Below, one piece after another: positions 63,983 to 64,000 of a stretch of DNA of 64,000 nt. The notes beneath the pieces were generated by a model. That model was not told the DNA's origin, ran no database searches, and saw nothing but the letters and a program-made list of their open reading frames with translations. The translations under genes and the position numbers were made by a program. The number at the start of each line of letters is the position of its first letter. The first letter of the stretch is position 1. The stretch is from Hydrolagus colliei. Lineage: Eukaryota. The stretch spans positions 620,001-684,000 of the forward strand of contig CM068769.1 of the NCBI GenBank assembly GCA_035084275.1, read 5' to 3'.

Positions 63983-64000
63983 CTGGGAAACACAAACACA

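Overview
Vertebrate genomic DNA, most likely from a cartilaginous fish (species not determinable from the sequence). The window lies in the V region of a T-cell receptor alpha/delta locus. I can read 17 V-type segments, all on the minus strand; most have a separate leader exon and a 22/23-bp-spacer recombination signal (RSS). About five look fully functional, four are open frames with a defect, and the rest are pseudogenes. At 28.8-32.5 kb there is a decayed NAR-TCR-type cassette: an IgNAR-like V with leader, a D flanked by two 12-RSSs, a J, and an apparently leaderless downstream TCR V. A chondrichthyan GPR139-like GPCR exon at 13.6-14.4 kb is cut by a near-full-length L2 LINE and adjoins a 2.77-kb tandem duplication. 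The remainder is L2 and CR1 LINE fragments, many tRNA-headed Deu-domain SINEs, simple repeats and three N gaps (3099-3232, 29407-29651, 29677-30266). The two window ends are paralogous copies about 61.8 kb apart. Less obvious patterns: a tRNA-SINE B-box about 50-60 bp beyond the RSS of V genes from three families, four co-oriented CTCF-like motifs, and a 71-bp palindrome present in only one copy of the tandem duplication. All coordinates were counted by hand and may be off by a few bases; family names come from motif recognition, not database searches.
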